From a virus (Duplodnaviria > Caudoviricetes), in the IMG/VR virus record IMGVR_UViG_3300021085_000101, positions 1 to 35,513 of that record: DNA of 35,513 nucleotides; one strand, written 5' to 3'. Of the stretch, positions 34,128 to 35,513 are shown in pieces. Numbering within the stretch: the stretch's first letter is position 1; the number at the start of each line of letters is the position of its first letter. The translations under genes were made by a program, and so were the position numbers. Under the pieces are notes generated by a model. That model had not been told where the DNA came from. It saw only the letters and a program-made list of their open reading frames with translations, and ran no database searches.

Positions 34128-35513
34128 CTATCCAGATATAAATATTCGTTCACTCAATAATGTTGGAGCTCTTGCTCTTAAAGCTGCTAATGAACCTTGT
34201 TGAGTTGGTGTTCCTGTAGTTACCCACGGGTCACTGTGAGTATGTCCAGATAACCAATCGCATAAATCTTGTAACCACCAAACCGTACAATCCCCTTTTA
34301 ATGATGGGTGGTTTCTTGTTGTATATACACCCAAGTGAATTGTAGGTGATTCTATTGATGTATGCATATCAGTTTTTAAAACAATTCGTTGCTTTGCGTT
34401 CATTGTAATTTCATCATCAGTTGAAACAAAAAATTTTCTTTTTGAGAAGATTCCACACTCTTGGGTTTTGGCTGATATGAGTATTCGTTCTGAATTTATT
34501 ACTATTTGATTGCCGTTTAAAGTGGGGAGTTGTGCTCCAAATATTATACCATCGGTTTGTTCTGACAATACCAAGTTTTCTGTTTTTTCTATTTCCTTTG
34601 CGAATATTTTATCGTATACTTTTTCGGCATCTGCTAGTGTTTTTTGAACTTCTTCGTTGTTCTTTAAGTTTTTCAGATCGTTAGGATGTAGTAACCCGAC
34701 TGCATTCATGTCTGCGTCTTCGAGAACGGTATCTTTTAATTCTTCACGTTTAATTGTTTCTCCTGTGTGGAATGAGGTTACTTCGTCTGCGTCCTGTTCT
34801 GCCGGTGGTCCACCCGCTGGTTTTTTTTGTTTTGTTGTAGATTTTGTTTTTTTATACGATTCGTCTCCTGTTTTTTCATATGTATCTTCTTTTATGTCTC
34901 CATTGTCATCTGTGTATGTATCGTATACCACACTTTTGCTTTCCGACTCATACGTTATACCACCGGTCTGACTTTTTTCTTCTACTTGGTGAGAACTAGT
35001 TGCATCTTTTTTTATTTCAACCTCAAGATCTTCTTTAGTTTTTGATTTGATCTTTTTATTGTCGGTGGAGACGGGTGATTTTTTAAGTGTGTCTGTATCA
35101 GATGGTCCGGGTTCAATTTGCTTGTCTTGTTTTTGTGATTTTATTCCAAGTTGCTCTTTTACACTTTTGGGTTTATTGGGTATGGTTGTTTGTGTGTTTT
35201 CTTTTTTTATTAATTTATCATTTGATTCAGCAACTTGGGTTGAAATTGATTTTTGTGAATATTTTAAATCTTCAACATTTATTTGTTTTTTTATTTCCTG
35301 CATATCTGCTTCGTACTGAGTATCTGTGTATTCAAGTTTACCTAAATTAGTTGGTTTATCACTTATGTACTCAACCGAAGAGTTTTCTGATTTAAACTGA
35401 ACACCTTCTGTAGAATTGATGTTTACCCCATTAGTAATATTAGTTACATTAGCAGACTCGGCAATATTAGTTACATTAGCAGACTCGGCAATATTAGTTA
35501 CATTAGCAGACTC
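34128..35513 (-). CDS. Baseplate central spike/hub (T4 gp5 C-terminal / P2 gpV-like), 5'-truncated by the window edge
   Basis: The frame stays open upstream of the track start (35303) to the edge. C-terminus has beta-helix-like LNGNQIVINSERILISAK...EITMNAKQRIVLK...IHLG and an apex HxH motif (LSGHTHSDP..TGTP); located upstream of gp25/gp6. Confidence 0.72.
   Translation of the reverse strand, partial: ESANVTNIAESANVTNIAESANVTNITNGVNINSTEGVQFKSENSSVEYISDKPTNLGKLEYTDTQYEADMQEIKKQINVEDLKYSQKSISTQVAESNDKLIKKENTQTTIPNKPKSVKEQLGIKSQKQDKQIEPGPSDTDTLKKSPVSTDNKKIKSKTKEDLEVEIKKDATSSHQVEEKSQTGGITYESESKSVVYDTYTDDNGDIKEDTYEKTGDESYKKTKSTTKQKKPAGGPPAEQDADEVTSFHTGETIKREELKDTVLEDADMNAVGLLHPNDLKNLKNNEEVQKTLADAEKVYDKIFAKEIEKTENLVLSEQTDGIIFGAQLPTLNGNQIVINSERILISAKTQECGIFSKRKFFVSTDDEITMNAKQRIVLKTDMHTSIESPTIHLGVYTTRNHPSLKGDCTVWWLQDLCDWLSGHTHSDPWVTTGTPTQQGSLAALRARAPTLLSERIFISG
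34136..34145 (-). promoter_or_regulatory. ATATTTATAT motif embedded in the spike gene 3' end, 20 nt upstream of ATG 34115
   Basis: Same 10-mer as at 15361 and 17517. Confidence 0.35.
35436..35513. repeat. Perfect 27-bp tandem repeat (AATATTAGTTACATTAGCAGACTCGGC, >=2.9 copies) encoding ESANVTNIA on the minus strand
   Basis: Units start at 35436, 35463 and 35490; the array is cut by the window end. Confidence 0.95.

Noticed and set aside
681-35350. Short plus-strand and alternative-frame ORFs in the track (e.g. 681..959, 916..1101, 16792..17196, 30320..30700)
   Set aside because: Shadows of long, motif-bearing minus-strand genes, with no recognisable motifs of their own.
30527-35513. CRISPR arrays at the 15-bp and 27-bp repeats
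   Set aside because: Head-to-tail units without spacers, lengths are multiples of 3, and both lie inside CDSs.
1-35513. Stop-codon reassignment as an explanation for the split gene
   Set aside because: ORFs of 9-11 kb are open in the standard code, TAA/TAG/TGA all end genes at tight junctions, and the SbcD halves are in different frames.
35436-35513. N-glycosylation array (NVT sequon in each ESANVTNIA unit)
   Set aside because: Lacks the acidic residue at -2 of the bacterial D/E-x-N-x-S/T sequon, and virion proteins assemble in the cytoplasm; no support.

Overview
AT-rich fragment (roughly 30-33% GC by eye) of a large contractile-tailed (myovirus-like) dsDNA phage genome. All credible genes lie on the minus strand, tightly packed or overlapping, in the standard genetic code. 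In transcription order, the structural module has: a 5'-truncated gp5/gpV-like central spike gene with a 27-bp VNTR; a small hypothetical gene; gp25-like and gp6-like baseplate wedge genes; a DNRLRE-like protein with a 15-bp VNTR; a 3679-aa gp7/gpI-like multidomain protein (LamG, CBM5/12-like, Pro/Thr linker, 2x FN3); a LamG protein; two tail-collar/baseplate-type proteins; a 3134-aa giant protein (7 scattered FG-GAP-like blades, 8 copies of an unrecognised ~150-aa domain, dockerin-like repeats); and a Gly-rich basic protein. A replication/recombination operon follows behind a sigma70-like promoter: RuvC-like resolvase, DnaG-type primase, and an Mre11/SbcD nuclease gene that is fractured in two. 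A GT9-like glycosyltransferase gene sits in the break. The nuclease C-terminal fragment is fused in frame to the Rad50/SbcC ATPase in ORF <1..2245, which the ORF track misses because it runs off the window. The highlights are (1) this intein-less fractured Mre11-Rad50 with a glycosyltransferase insert and extra peptide tails at the break, and (2) nested 'Russian-doll' virion proteins that share mobile in-frame domain cassettes. Family assignments come from motifs read by eye; no database search was run.
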